A DNA stretch of 64,000 nucleotides. Source: Parcubacteria bacterium C7867-007 (GTDB lineage: Bacteria > Patescibacteriota > Minisyncoccia > Phycocordibacterales > Phycocordibacteraceae). Positions 57,409-64,000 of this stretch are shown here, one piece after another. Every line of letters begins with the position of its first letter. Positions within the stretch are counted from its first letter, which is position 1. The notes below the pieces were generated by a model, which had not been told where the DNA came from, did no database searches, and saw only the letters and a program-made list of their open reading frames with translations. The translations under genes and the position numbers were made by a program. The stretch is taken from contig LFCQ01000002.1 in NCBI GenBank assembly GCA_001189195.1, positions 4,997 through 68,996 on the forward strand, read 5' to 3'.

Positions 57409-57743
57409 ATAGTGTACATAGTACCGGAAGGGAACGATTGCTGTAAGAGTGCAGTAAGTTCGGTCTCCATTTCAGTGAAGGGAAGTTCAGCAGCTCCAGG
57501 GCGGGCGTGGATGATAATCACCCGACCAGAAACACACCACGGCTTCAAAATGGCTTTGATGCGGCGTTTAAGGAGGTGCCGATCTACTGCTTTCTTCGCT
57601 ATTTTCTTTGAAACAACCACCGCACCCCCTGAAATAGGGGCTTTGAGTATATAGGCCATAGAAAAATACCGGCTTGCGGTTCTTCGCAGGCCGGTATTCT
57701 GCTCAAAACCGGCCCTAGGGAGACGGTTAGCGCGGGAAAGCAT
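57405..57743 (-). CDS. rnpA: ribonuclease P protein component
   Basis: Basic 112-aa protein in the conserved rpmH-rnpA-yidC synteny. Confidence 0.85.
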   Translation of the reverse strand: MLSRANRLPRAGFEQNTGLRRTASRYFSMAYILKAPISGGAVVVSKKIAKKAVDRHLLKRRIKAILKPWCVSGRVIIIHARPGAAELPFTEMETELTALLQQSFPSGTMYTI

Positions 57744-57895
57744 TAGCGTACTTTCTTTGAAACAGTAAGGCTGGCACGGCCCTTACGGCGGCGTGCGAGC
57801 AATACACGGCGACCGGTAGGGGTAGCTGAACGGGCACGGAAACCGTGGGTTCGTGCGCGCTTGCGCTTCTTTGGTTGATAGGTGCGCTTAGGCAT
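57743..57895 (-). CDS. rpmH: 50S ribosomal protein L34
   Basis: Translates as [22 protein letters not shown]...; its stop overlaps the rnpA start (TAATG); not in the supplied ORF table. Confidence 0.85.
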   Translation of the reverse strand: MPKRTYQPKKRKRARTHGFRARSATPTGRRVLLARRRKGRASLTVSKKVR

Positions 57896-57992
57896 AAGAA
57901 GTTATACACAGGATACTAACAGGTTGCGTCCTGGCGTGCAAGAAATTGCCTATCTTTGGAGTTATCCACAGAGGTGTATACAATGAGCTCAC
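57896..57992. promoter_or_regulatory. dnaA upstream region with DnaA boxes (TTATACACA at 57902, TTATCCACA at 57962)
   Basis: Perfect and one-mismatch DnaA boxes 20-90 bp upstream of the dnaA start. Confidence 0.6.
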
Positions 57993-59342
57993 ATGAATCG
58001 TTCTGATCCGCATGAGCTCTGGGAATACATGCTGACGCAGGTCGAACTCTCTATATCTTCAGCCAATTTCAACACTTGGTTCAAGGAAAGCACGATAGTA
58101 AAGATAGAGGACGGTATCGTATACATCGGTGTTCCAAGCCAGTTCTTCCGTGATTGGTATCAAAAGAAGTTCCACACACTTCTTTTGAAGATTGTGCGTG
58201 ATGTTTCGTATGAATTCAGGAATATCGAGTACATGATCGTGAAAGATATTGCTCGCAAACCAAAGGAGCAGCGTACTCGCCGTGAACCAACACCAGAACT
58301 ACCTCTCAATGAGTTCTATATCAATAAAAGCGATAATCTAAACCCTCGTTACACGTTTGATACGTTCGTTGTTGGTTCATTTAATGAGTTGGCTCATACC
58401 GCAGCCATGGCAGCTATTGCGCGCCCAGGTATTACCTACAACCCTCTCTTCATTTATGGCGACACTGGTCGTGGAAAGACACACCTGATTCAGTCCATTG
58501 GTAACCAGTACAAGAAACAGTATCCAAATCGTAAAGTGTTTTATCTCACTTCAGAGAAGTTTGGTACTGATTACACTGACTCACTCCAGCAAGGCACTGC
58601 AAACCGCTTTAAAGAGAAGTATCGTCAGTATGATCTGTTGATTATGGACGACGTACAGTTCCTTTCCCGTAAGGAAAAGATGCAGGAAGAGTTATTCCAC
58701 CTCTTTAATACCCTCTACGACAACAATAAACAGATCGTATTCTCCTCAGATCGTGCCCCTATCGCTATCCCAGACATCGCAGACCGCCTTCGTGGACGCT
58801 TTGTATCCGGTATGACCGTTGATATTGGTGAACCAGACAGTGAATCTCGTATCGCTATTGTGCGAAAGAAGGCAGCAATGAGTGGTATCACCCTTTCTGA
58901 TGAGGTTGCTGAGTATATTGCTACCTCTGTTACCGGTTCAATTAGAGAATTGGAAGGTGTTCTTAACTCAGTAGTGTGCCACACACAGGTAAAAGGAACT
59001 CCTCCAGATATCGCTGAAGTGAGACAATCCCTTCGTTCATTCTCACGCCCTTCAAAAACAGTATCTGTGAAGCATGTGGTGTCTAAAATTGCTGAATTCT
59101 ATGGCATTGAAGAGGAGAGTATCTATGAGAAGACCCGTAGAAGGGAGGTGGTACGCCCACGCCAAGTGATTATGTATATTCTTCGTGAAGATTTCAGTGT
59201 TTCATATCCAACCATAGGTTCTAAACTTGGTGGTCGTGACCACACCACTGTCATTCACTCCTGCGAAAAGGTTAAACGTGAAGTTGCAGAAGATACTGAA
59301 CTCGCAAAAGAGATTCAGGATATTCGTACCTTGTTAGTCTGA
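57993..59342 (+). CDS. dnaA: chromosomal replication initiator DnaA
   Basis: Walker A GDTGRGKTHL, sensor and box VII motifs, C-terminal DNA-binding domain. Confidence 0.95.
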   Translation: MNRSDPHELWEYMLTQVELSISSANFNTWFKESTIVKIEDGIVYIGVPSQFFRDWYQKKFHTLLLKIVRDVSYEFRNIEYMIVKDIARKPKEQRTRREPTPELPLNEFYINKSDNLNPRYTFDTFVVGSFNELAHTAAMAAIARPGITYNPLFIYGDTGRGKTHLIQSIGNQYKKQYPNRKVFYLTSEKFGTDYTDSLQQGTANRFKEKYRQYDLLIMDDVQFLSRKEKMQEELFHLFNTLYDNNKQIVFSSDRAPIAIPDIADRLRGRFVSGMTVDIGEPDSESRIAIVRKKAAMSGITLSDEVAEYIATSVTGSIRELEGVLNSVVCHTQVKGTPPDIAEVRQSLRSFSRPSKTVSVKHVVSKIAEFYGIEEESIYEKTRRREVVRPRQVIMYILREDFSVSYPTIGSKLGGRDHTTVIHSCEKVKREVAEDTELAKEIQDIRTLLV

Positions 59343-59583
59343 TTGTGAAGAAAGTCTGGGGATTCCCTGTGGATAGCCTGGAGATAAATAGAGGAAGAAC
59401 TATGGGGAGAACTATCTAATAGCGGTAGAGTTTTCCCCACTGTTTCAACCGGCCTCCTTCTATCCACAGTCGTTGTACTCCACTTTCACACAGCTTGAGT
59501 GAAACCTGCGTAAGGGTTTCAGAGCGTATATACTAGAGATATCGCTCTTTCCCCAGTATCCACACCCCTAATAATAAAGAATC
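59343..59583. other. candidate oriC: at least three DnaA boxes plus an AT-rich unwinding tract between dnaA and dnaN
   Basis: CTATCCACA (59460), GTATCCACA (59556), reverse TGTGGATAG (59368); AT-rich aataataaagaatcatgattatcaatatag at the dnaN start. Confidence 0.6.
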
Positions 59584-60684
59584 ATGATTATCAATATAGA
59601 AAAAAAGGAGTTCTCGGAAGCAGTCAGTAGAGTGTCTCGATTTGCTGAGAGGAAATCAGCAACACTACCGGTACTCGCAGGTATCGCTATTGTTGCAGGG
59701 GATGATGGAATCAAACTTCGTGCAACAAACCTTGAGACCGGTATTGATTTCAAGATGGGTGGAACTATAGAGCAGCCAGGGGTGGTGGCTCTTCCTGCTA
59801 TTACTCTTCGTGAGATAACGAGCTCATTCTCTGGAACCGGAACTATTAAACTCGAGCATACAGGAGATACGGTCCTTATCTCCTCCTCTGCAGGGCGCAG
59901 TACGCTTAAGACACTGGCATACGAAGATTTCCCCACACTTCCATTCCCTGAAGCTCCTACGGCTAAATTCACGCTTCCAGGAGTATCTATCCGTACACTA
60001 GTACTCACAGTTGCTGGTTGTGCATCACCCTCAACTGTTCGTCCTGAGCTCGCTAGCGTACTCCTTTCTGCAGAAGGCGGCATTGTGAAGGCTGTTGCCA
60101 CAGACTCCTTCCGTCTAGCAGAGAAGAAAATCTCAGTAACAGGCTCTGTGGCACCGTTTTCTATACTTATTCCTGCAAAGAATGCGATCGATATCGTACA
60201 AACACTTCCTGATACCGATGTGGATGTTCTTATTGACGAACACCAGTGTGCATTCTCTTGGCCTGGAGGTATTGTTACAACTCGTCTCGTAACGGTCCCA
60301 TACCCTGACTACACACAGATAATTCCAAAGCAGTTTGTTTCTGAAGCTACTCTTCTCCGAAAGGACTTTGAGGCAGTACTTCGTCGTACGGCAATCTTCT
60401 CAGATTCATTCCAGAAGATTCGTGTTGGATTCTCTACAACAGAGAAAAAGATTGCATTCTCTGCCCGCAACAGTGATGTTGGAGAATCTTCTGAAAATGT
60501 CCCTGCCTCTATTTCTGGTGAAGCAATTGAACTATCGTTTAATCACCGTTATCTAGCTGCACCCCTATCACTTATTAGTTCAGAAAACCTTTCACTTTCA
60601 GCAGCAGGTATTGGACGTCCACTCATTATTAAAGGAATTGGAGATAATACATTCCTGTATCTTGTGATGCCAATGAATCAGTAG
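59584..60684 (+). CDS. dnaN: DNA polymerase III beta sliding clamp
   Basis: 366 aa with three-domain clamp architecture immediately after dnaA. Confidence 0.95.
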   Translation: MIINIEKKEFSEAVSRVSRFAERKSATLPVLAGIAIVAGDDGIKLRATNLETGIDFKMGGTIEQPGVVALPAITLREITSSFSGTGTIKLEHTGDTVLISSSAGRSTLKTLAYEDFPTLPFPEAPTAKFTLPGVSIRTLVLTVAGCASPSTVRPELASVLLSAEGGIVKAVATDSFRLAEKKISVTGSVAPFSILIPAKNAIDIVQTLPDTDVDVLIDEHQCAFSWPGGIVTTRLVTVPYPDYTQIIPKQFVSEATLLRKDFEAVLRRTAIFSDSFQKIRVGFSTTEKKIAFSARNSDVGESSENVPASISGEAIELSFNHRYLAAPLSLISSENLSLSAAGIGRPLIIKGIGDNTFLYLVMPMNQ

Positions 60685-60690
60685 GCGTAG

Positions 60691-60712
60691 CTGAGATGAT
60701 ATTGAACTTCCA
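60691..60712 (+). repeat. degenerate tRNA-3'-end-like repeat (CTGAGATGATATTGAACTTCCA), first boundary of the dnaN-proximal array
   Basis: 17/22 matches to CTGGGACGATGTTGGAACCTTT, same orientation, 7 bp after the dnaN stop. Confidence 0.5.
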
Positions 60713-60726
60713 GTAGCAAAATAGAC

Positions 60727-61176
60727 TTATTTGTTTGTAATAAAATCAATAATCCAGAGCAAAAGGGAATACCCCAATGGGAATGTAGGAAGTACAATCA
60801 GTAAGAAATTTTCAGTTCTACTCAGTTTAGTAACAACTGGAGGTTTAACACGGTAGCGGATATAGCCGATAAAAATAGAAATAAAACCAACTACTAGAGC
60901 TATTCCTAATGCGCCAATAAAATAGATTGCTAGAGCGAAGTTTGTACTACTCCCCGCACCACCAGTTGCCGATGCGCAGTAATTATTTAAGCCGCACTCA
61001 AGAAGCATACGTACATCACCAACACTAAGTGCAACTAACACAACAGCGATGACAGAAAACATCCCAGTAAAAATAGCTGCTCCGAAAGCTGATCCACCTA
61101 TTTTCCATCCAATCTGATGCGTAAAGTAGAGAGCGACAAACGAAATAATTACAAAGCTTAGTACAGTGACTATCAT
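60727..61176 (-). CDS. four-TM membrane protein (cassette gene)
   Basis: 149 aa with four hydrophobic helices. Confidence 0.45.
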   Translation of the reverse strand: MIVTVLSFVIISFVALYFTHQIGWKIGGSAFGAAIFTGMFSVIAVVLVALSVGDVRMLLECGLNNYCASATGGAGSSTNFALAIYFIGALGIALVVGFISIFIGYIRYRVKPPVVTKLSRTENFLLIVLPTFPLGYSLLLWIIDFITNK

Positions 61177-61196
61177 GTAATAAAGATACCACTACT

Positions 61197-61229
61197 ACTG
61201 GCAGACTGAATTGAAGTTGGAACCTTTCT
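61197..61229 (+). repeat. tRNA-3'-end-like repeat, type A variant (CTGGCAGACTGAATTGAAGTTGGAACCTTTCT)
   Basis: Both ends conserved, central part diverged. Confidence 0.7.
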
Positions 61230-61275
61230 GCAACATGTGGTAGTTTTCGTCCAGAATCGGTAATCGGAGGCTATT

Positions 61276-61551
61276 ATGGCACAACGCAAGAAGAAGTTAC
61301 TCGCTGAAAAAGTGGTTCCGGCGTATTCGGCCCAGTTGTACTCTTCGACTGAAGGAAGACAATTCTTCCCTGACATTCTGCAGGATGCTTTCGGCGAGAA
61401 AACCATCACCGGCTTTCATCGCTATGAACGTGTTCTTGGTGCACTCATTCCTATGGAGGCCCTATTAATGCTCGCTGGGTGCGACCAAGAGATTGATGAG
61501 GGTATGAAGCTTCGTATTAAAAACGCAGCTCGAAACCTCCTTTATTCATAG
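61276..61551 (+). CDS. hypothetical protein (cassette gene)
   Basis: 91 aa, preceded by a GGAGG RBS and followed by a terminator. Confidence 0.45.
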   Translation: MAQRKKKLLAEKVVPAYSAQLYSSTEGRQFFPDILQDAFGEKTITGFHRYERVLGALIPMEALLMLAGCDQEIDEGMKLRIKNAARNLLYS

Positions 61552-61574
61552 CCATGTCTCGATCAAGTTTTTTA

Positions 61575-61611
61575 AACCGCCCACTCATCCGAGTGAGCGG
61601 TTTCTTTTTAT
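61575..61611 (+). terminator. Rho-independent terminator
   Basis: ccgcccactc-atcc-gagtgagcgg stem followed by tttcttttta. Confidence 0.55.
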
Positions 61612-61615
61612 TGTT

Positions 61616-61645
61616 AACAGCTTGGGACGATGTTGGAACCGTTAT
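61616..61645 (+). repeat. tRNA-3'-end-like repeat, type A variant (AACAGCTTGGGACGATGTTGGAACCGTTAT)
   Basis: The core GGGACGATGTTGGAACC is perfect. Confidence 0.75.
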
Positions 61646-61647
61646 AT

Positions 61648-61938
61648 TCAACTAAGTACCAAAAGAATCTCACTCACCCCTATGCCGATACAGATAGATC
61701 CCAAACCGATTAATACGTAGGATGAACTTTTAAAGCCTGGAATCAGTACCAGTATCTGACCAAGTTTAAATCGCTCGGACCAGATCTGAGTTAAGCCTAA
61801 AAAGACGGAGAATATACCCAAAACTCCAAATAGTAAGCCACCTTGAACGGATTGTTCATAGGGTCCATATATCGTTGCGGCTACTCCACATAAAAAACAA
61901 AAGGCGGAAACTATTGCAACGATTGTGACGCGGTTCAT
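61648..61938 (-). CDS. three-TM small membrane protein (cassette gene)
   Basis: 96 aa; starts 38 bp from the next repeat. Confidence 0.45.
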   Translation of the reverse strand: MNRVTIVAIVSAFCFLCGVAATIYGPYEQSVQGGLLFGVLGIFSVFLGLTQIWSERFKLGQILVLIPGFKSSSYVLIGLGSICIGIGVSEILLVLS

Positions 61939-61973
61939 CGCTCTACTGTATCAGCAAATCTTAAGATACTTTT

Positions 61974-62002
61974 GCTGGCAGTCTGGGACGATGATGGAAC
62001 CA
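61974..62002 (+). repeat. tRNA-3'-end-like repeat, type A (GCTGGCAGTCTGGGACGATGATGGAACCA)
   Basis: 28/29 identical to the consensus. Confidence 0.8.
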
Positions 62003-62046
62003 AATTAAAATCTTGGGCGACTACGTTTTAGTAGCCGCCCGAGTGA

Positions 62047-62349
62047 TTAGGTTATCGTTGTGGCTCGATTCGCCGCAACAAACTTTAGAAACTTCTTCCT
62101 TCTTGCAGGTGGCACCCCTTTCGGTGTTGCTACGATACAGCCCCACTTTTGGCGACTCAGTACGTGAAAGGGGCGGTATTGAGATTCTGGAAAGGCTTGG
62201 TTGTAGATCTTCCGTAAAACCGAGTCGCTTGGAAGAGTCAGGTTGAAGATGTTGTCTTTACGACGCAAACTCCAGCGGGAAACATTTTTCTTATCTCTGT
62301 CCCAATGCAACCAGCCATATTTCATCTCAAGAATAGGTTCAATAGCCAT
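62047..62349 (-). CDS. hypothetical basic protein (cassette gene); preferred over the antisense ORF 62013..62246
   Basis: 100 aa with a more protein-like composition than the Leu/Ser/Arg-rich overlapping plus-strand ORF. Confidence 0.35.
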   Translation of the reverse strand: MAIEPILEMKYGWLHWDRDKKNVSRWSLRRKDNIFNLTLPSDSVLRKIYNQAFPESQYRPFHVLSRQKWGCIVATPKGVPPARRKKFLKFVAANRATTIT

Positions 62350-62405
62350 GTATGCATCTCCTCTTTCTACAGAAGACTATTATTCATATGTTGAGTTTGT
62401 GCAAG

Positions 62406-62435
62406 CTGAAAGACTAGCGATCGAACTTTTTAATC
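62406..62435 (+). repeat. degenerate tRNA-3'-end-like repeat, type B-like (CTGAAAGACTAGCGATCGAACTTTTTAATC)
   Basis: AGACTAGcGATCGAAC matches the type B core (T-loop GATCGAAC retained); last boundary, 20 bp upstream of the DciA-like gene. Confidence 0.6.
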
Positions 62436-62454
62436 AAGGCTATATACTTTACCT

Positions 62455-62706
62455 ATGAAAAGCCTTGCAGACCTACTTCTCAACCACAAGGTACCTGGTG
62501 TACGGGATGCCCAAATACGCCATGCGATTGCTGAAGAACTAACACAGTTACTACAAGTCCCCATTGAACCAAGGCAGGTTAAGTATAAGGATGCAGATTT
62601 GGTACTCGCAGTACCACCAATAATTAAGTCTGTTGTGAAGCTGCGAACACAGGAAATAATTGAAGTGCTGCAGAAGCGAGATATACGTATAGCAACAATA
62701 AAATAA
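62455..62706 (+). CDS. DUF721/DciA-like protein (replicative-helicase loader family usually adjacent to dnaN)
   Basis: 83 aa; ...ELTQLLQVPIEPRQVKYKDADLVLAVPPIIKSVVKLRTQEIIEVLQ fits the DUF721 pattern (HT.P..L.dG.L.V.V.S..W..EL...eIl..L). Confidence 0.45.
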   Translation: MKSLADLLLNHKVPGVRDAQIRHAIAEELTQLLQVPIEPRQVKYKDADLVLAVPPIIKSVVKLRTQEIIEVLQKRDIRIATIK

Positions 62707-62735
62707 GAGCCGGAACAATCCGGCTCTTATTTACC
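62705..62735. terminator. bidirectional hairpin aagagccgg-aacaa-tccggctctt
   Basis: 10-bp perfect stem between convergent genes. Confidence 0.5.
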
Positions 62736-64000
62736 TACTGTCCTCCAATATTCGTTCCATCAATTCCTATCGTTGGACTTGAAGTACCAACTTGTTGAGT
62801 GGGGGCAAGTTGTGCACCGCCCGCTACCCAGTTACCGATAGGGTATTCCCAATACACATACTGCGGGTCTCCCACAGAACTTCCTCCACCCATCGGGTTG
62901 TTCTTGTTCACCCAGTAGAGGATATCGTGCATGGAGGTACCGTCTGTGTAGATACCACGAAGTGCTGCAGGTGCACTATCCGGAATAGCAGGTGGTTCAG
63001 GGAATACTTCGTTTGGATACTTATTAAGCGCAAACTCCATAACCTCGTGCCACATTGGCGCAACGATGAATCCAGCGATCTCTCGTGCCATAGGGGAGTT
63101 GTCGTTATTTCCTGCCCACACACCAATTGCTATCGTTGGTGAATACCCAACGGTCCACACGTCACGCGATTCATTTGTGGTACCTGTCTTTGCTGCCACA
63201 TCATACCCTGGGAAGGTGAATGGATTCACAGGTGGATATTCAGGCTGACGTGCTTCGTTGTTTGAAAGCATGGAAGAAATTCCACGTGCAACCTCAGCAG
63301 ATATTGCTTGCTTAGGTTCAGATTTGTACTCCTCTAACGTCTTGCCGGTTTTGTCGGTGATACGCAGGATGCCGGTTGGAGTATTAAGTTTTCCATCATT
63401 TGCAAACGCACCATATGCACCCACAAGATCAAGAAGACGTACCTCTGCAGCACCAAGTGCAAGTGAGAGGCCATAGTCACTTGGTTTTCCGAGAGTGGTA
63501 ATACCCATATCCTTTGCGAGGGTGAGTACATTCGGAAGACCTGCTAGATACATTGCTTTCACTGCAGGTACATTGATTGATTGTGCGATTGCGGTGGTGA
63601 AGGTCATTGGACCACGGAACTTCCCATCATAGTTACCAGGTGAGTAGCATGGTGCCTCTCCATTGAAGTTATCTGATGGTGCACAACTCGTTGAGAATTG
63701 AGTGGGGAGGTCAAAGACCGTGGTGAGGGGAGTGTACCCCTTCTGAAGTGCTGCGGCGTATACGAATGGCTTAAACGAAGACCCCGGCTGACGCTCCGCA
63801 AGTGCGATGTTGTAGTTACCATCGATATTCTTATCGAAGTAATCACGTGAACCAACCATTGATAGAATCTGTCCAGTCTTTGGATCAATAGCTACGAGTG
63901 CTGCATTACTTGCTTTAAACCGCTTCTCATTCTGAAGCGCATACTGGTTAACAATAGTTTCTGCTTGATGCTGAAGGTCTGCATCGATTGTGGTGAGAAC
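62735..64000 (-). CDS. class A penicillin-binding protein, transpeptidase domain (5' part beyond window end)
   Basis: SxxK (GSSFKP), SxN and KTG(T) motifs; the reading frame continues to position 64000. Confidence 0.8.
   Translation of the reverse strand, partial: VLTTIDADLQHQAETIVNQYALQNEKRFKASNAALVAIDPKTGQILSMVGSRDYFDKNIDGNYNIALAERQPGSSFKPFVYAAALQKGYTPLTTVFDLPTQFSTSCAPSDNFNGEAPCYSPGNYDGKFRGPMTFTTAIAQSINVPAVKAMYLAGLPNVLTLAKDMGITTLGKPSDYGLSLALGAAEVRLLDLVGAYGAFANDGKLNTPTGILRITDKTGKTLEEYKSEPKQAISAEVARGISSMLSNNEARQPEYPPVNPFTFPGYDVAAKTGTTNESRDVWTVGYSPTIAIGVWAGNNDNSPMAREIAGFIVAPMWHEVMEFALNKYPNEVFPEPPAIPDSAPAALRGIYTDGTSMHDILYWVNKNNPMGGGSSVGDPQYVYWEYPIGNWVAGGAQLAPTQQVGTSSPTIGIDGTNIGGQ

Noticed and set aside
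57727-57909. Listed 60-aa minus-strand ORF upstream of rnpA
   Set aside because: Wrong frame. The region encodes ribosomal protein L34 ([22 protein letters not shown]...) at 57743..57895, whose stop overlaps the rnpA start.
62013-62246. Plus-strand 77-aa ORF downstream of the 61974 repeat
   Set aside because: Leu/Ser/Arg-rich composition typical of antisense translation. The overlapping minus-strand ORF (62047..62349) is more protein-like; neither is certain.
14181-62435. DNA uptake sequences for the ComEC/T4P system
   Set aside because: DUS/USS elements are 9-12 bp, number hundreds per genome, are often inverted pairs in terminators and occur in both orientations. These are about 30 bp, clustered and strictly co-oriented.
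1-64000. rRNA genes, CRISPR arrays, prophage or transposase genes
   Set aside because: None seen. No 16S/23S-like conserved blocks, no spacer-repeat arrays, and no transposase or phage structural signatures in any frame.

Overview
This window is a gene-dense bacterial chromosome segment of about 48% GC with short intergenic regions and standard genetic code. The reduced gene content suggests a Saccharibacteria/CPR-like organism. It spans the replication origin region (rpmH-rnpA-yidC, then dnaA, DnaA-box cluster, dnaN) and carries housekeeping genes: pgk, tpiA, recJ, rnhA, sodA, nusA, ppa, clpP, rny, rarA, cca, xth, rpsO, uvrD/pcrA-like helicase, rsmA, four tRNAs and a XerC/D-type tyrosine recombinase. 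Surface and DNA-transfer machinery is prominent. There is a type IV pilus locus (pilB, pilC, three pilin-like genes, a TetR regulator), a ComEC competence channel encoded as two separate genes, a VapBC-like toxin-antitoxin pair, and a twelve-gene plus-strand cluster with Gram-positive-type type IV secretion components (VirB4 ATPase, PrgI/VirB3-like, VirB6/TrbL-like, pilin-like proteins). The most unusual signal is a family of at least 11 roughly 30-bp repeats, all on the plus strand, whose minus-strand sense mimics the 3' end of a tRNA (T-arm plus acceptor 3' strand). They form three arrays: at the pilC stop, abutting tRNA-Pro, and between dnaN and a DciA/DUF721-like gene. Each array brackets single small ORFs (membrane or unknown proteins, some with their own sigma70-like promoter and terminator). 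This looks like att-core-bounded cassette arrays built by a site-specific recombinase. Other oddities: HU and RarA genes converge and cut off each other's conserved 3' ends; GTTTCACGTGAAAC palindromes cluster in a 458-bp gene-free region; a candidate operator lies upstream of the toxin-antitoxin operon.
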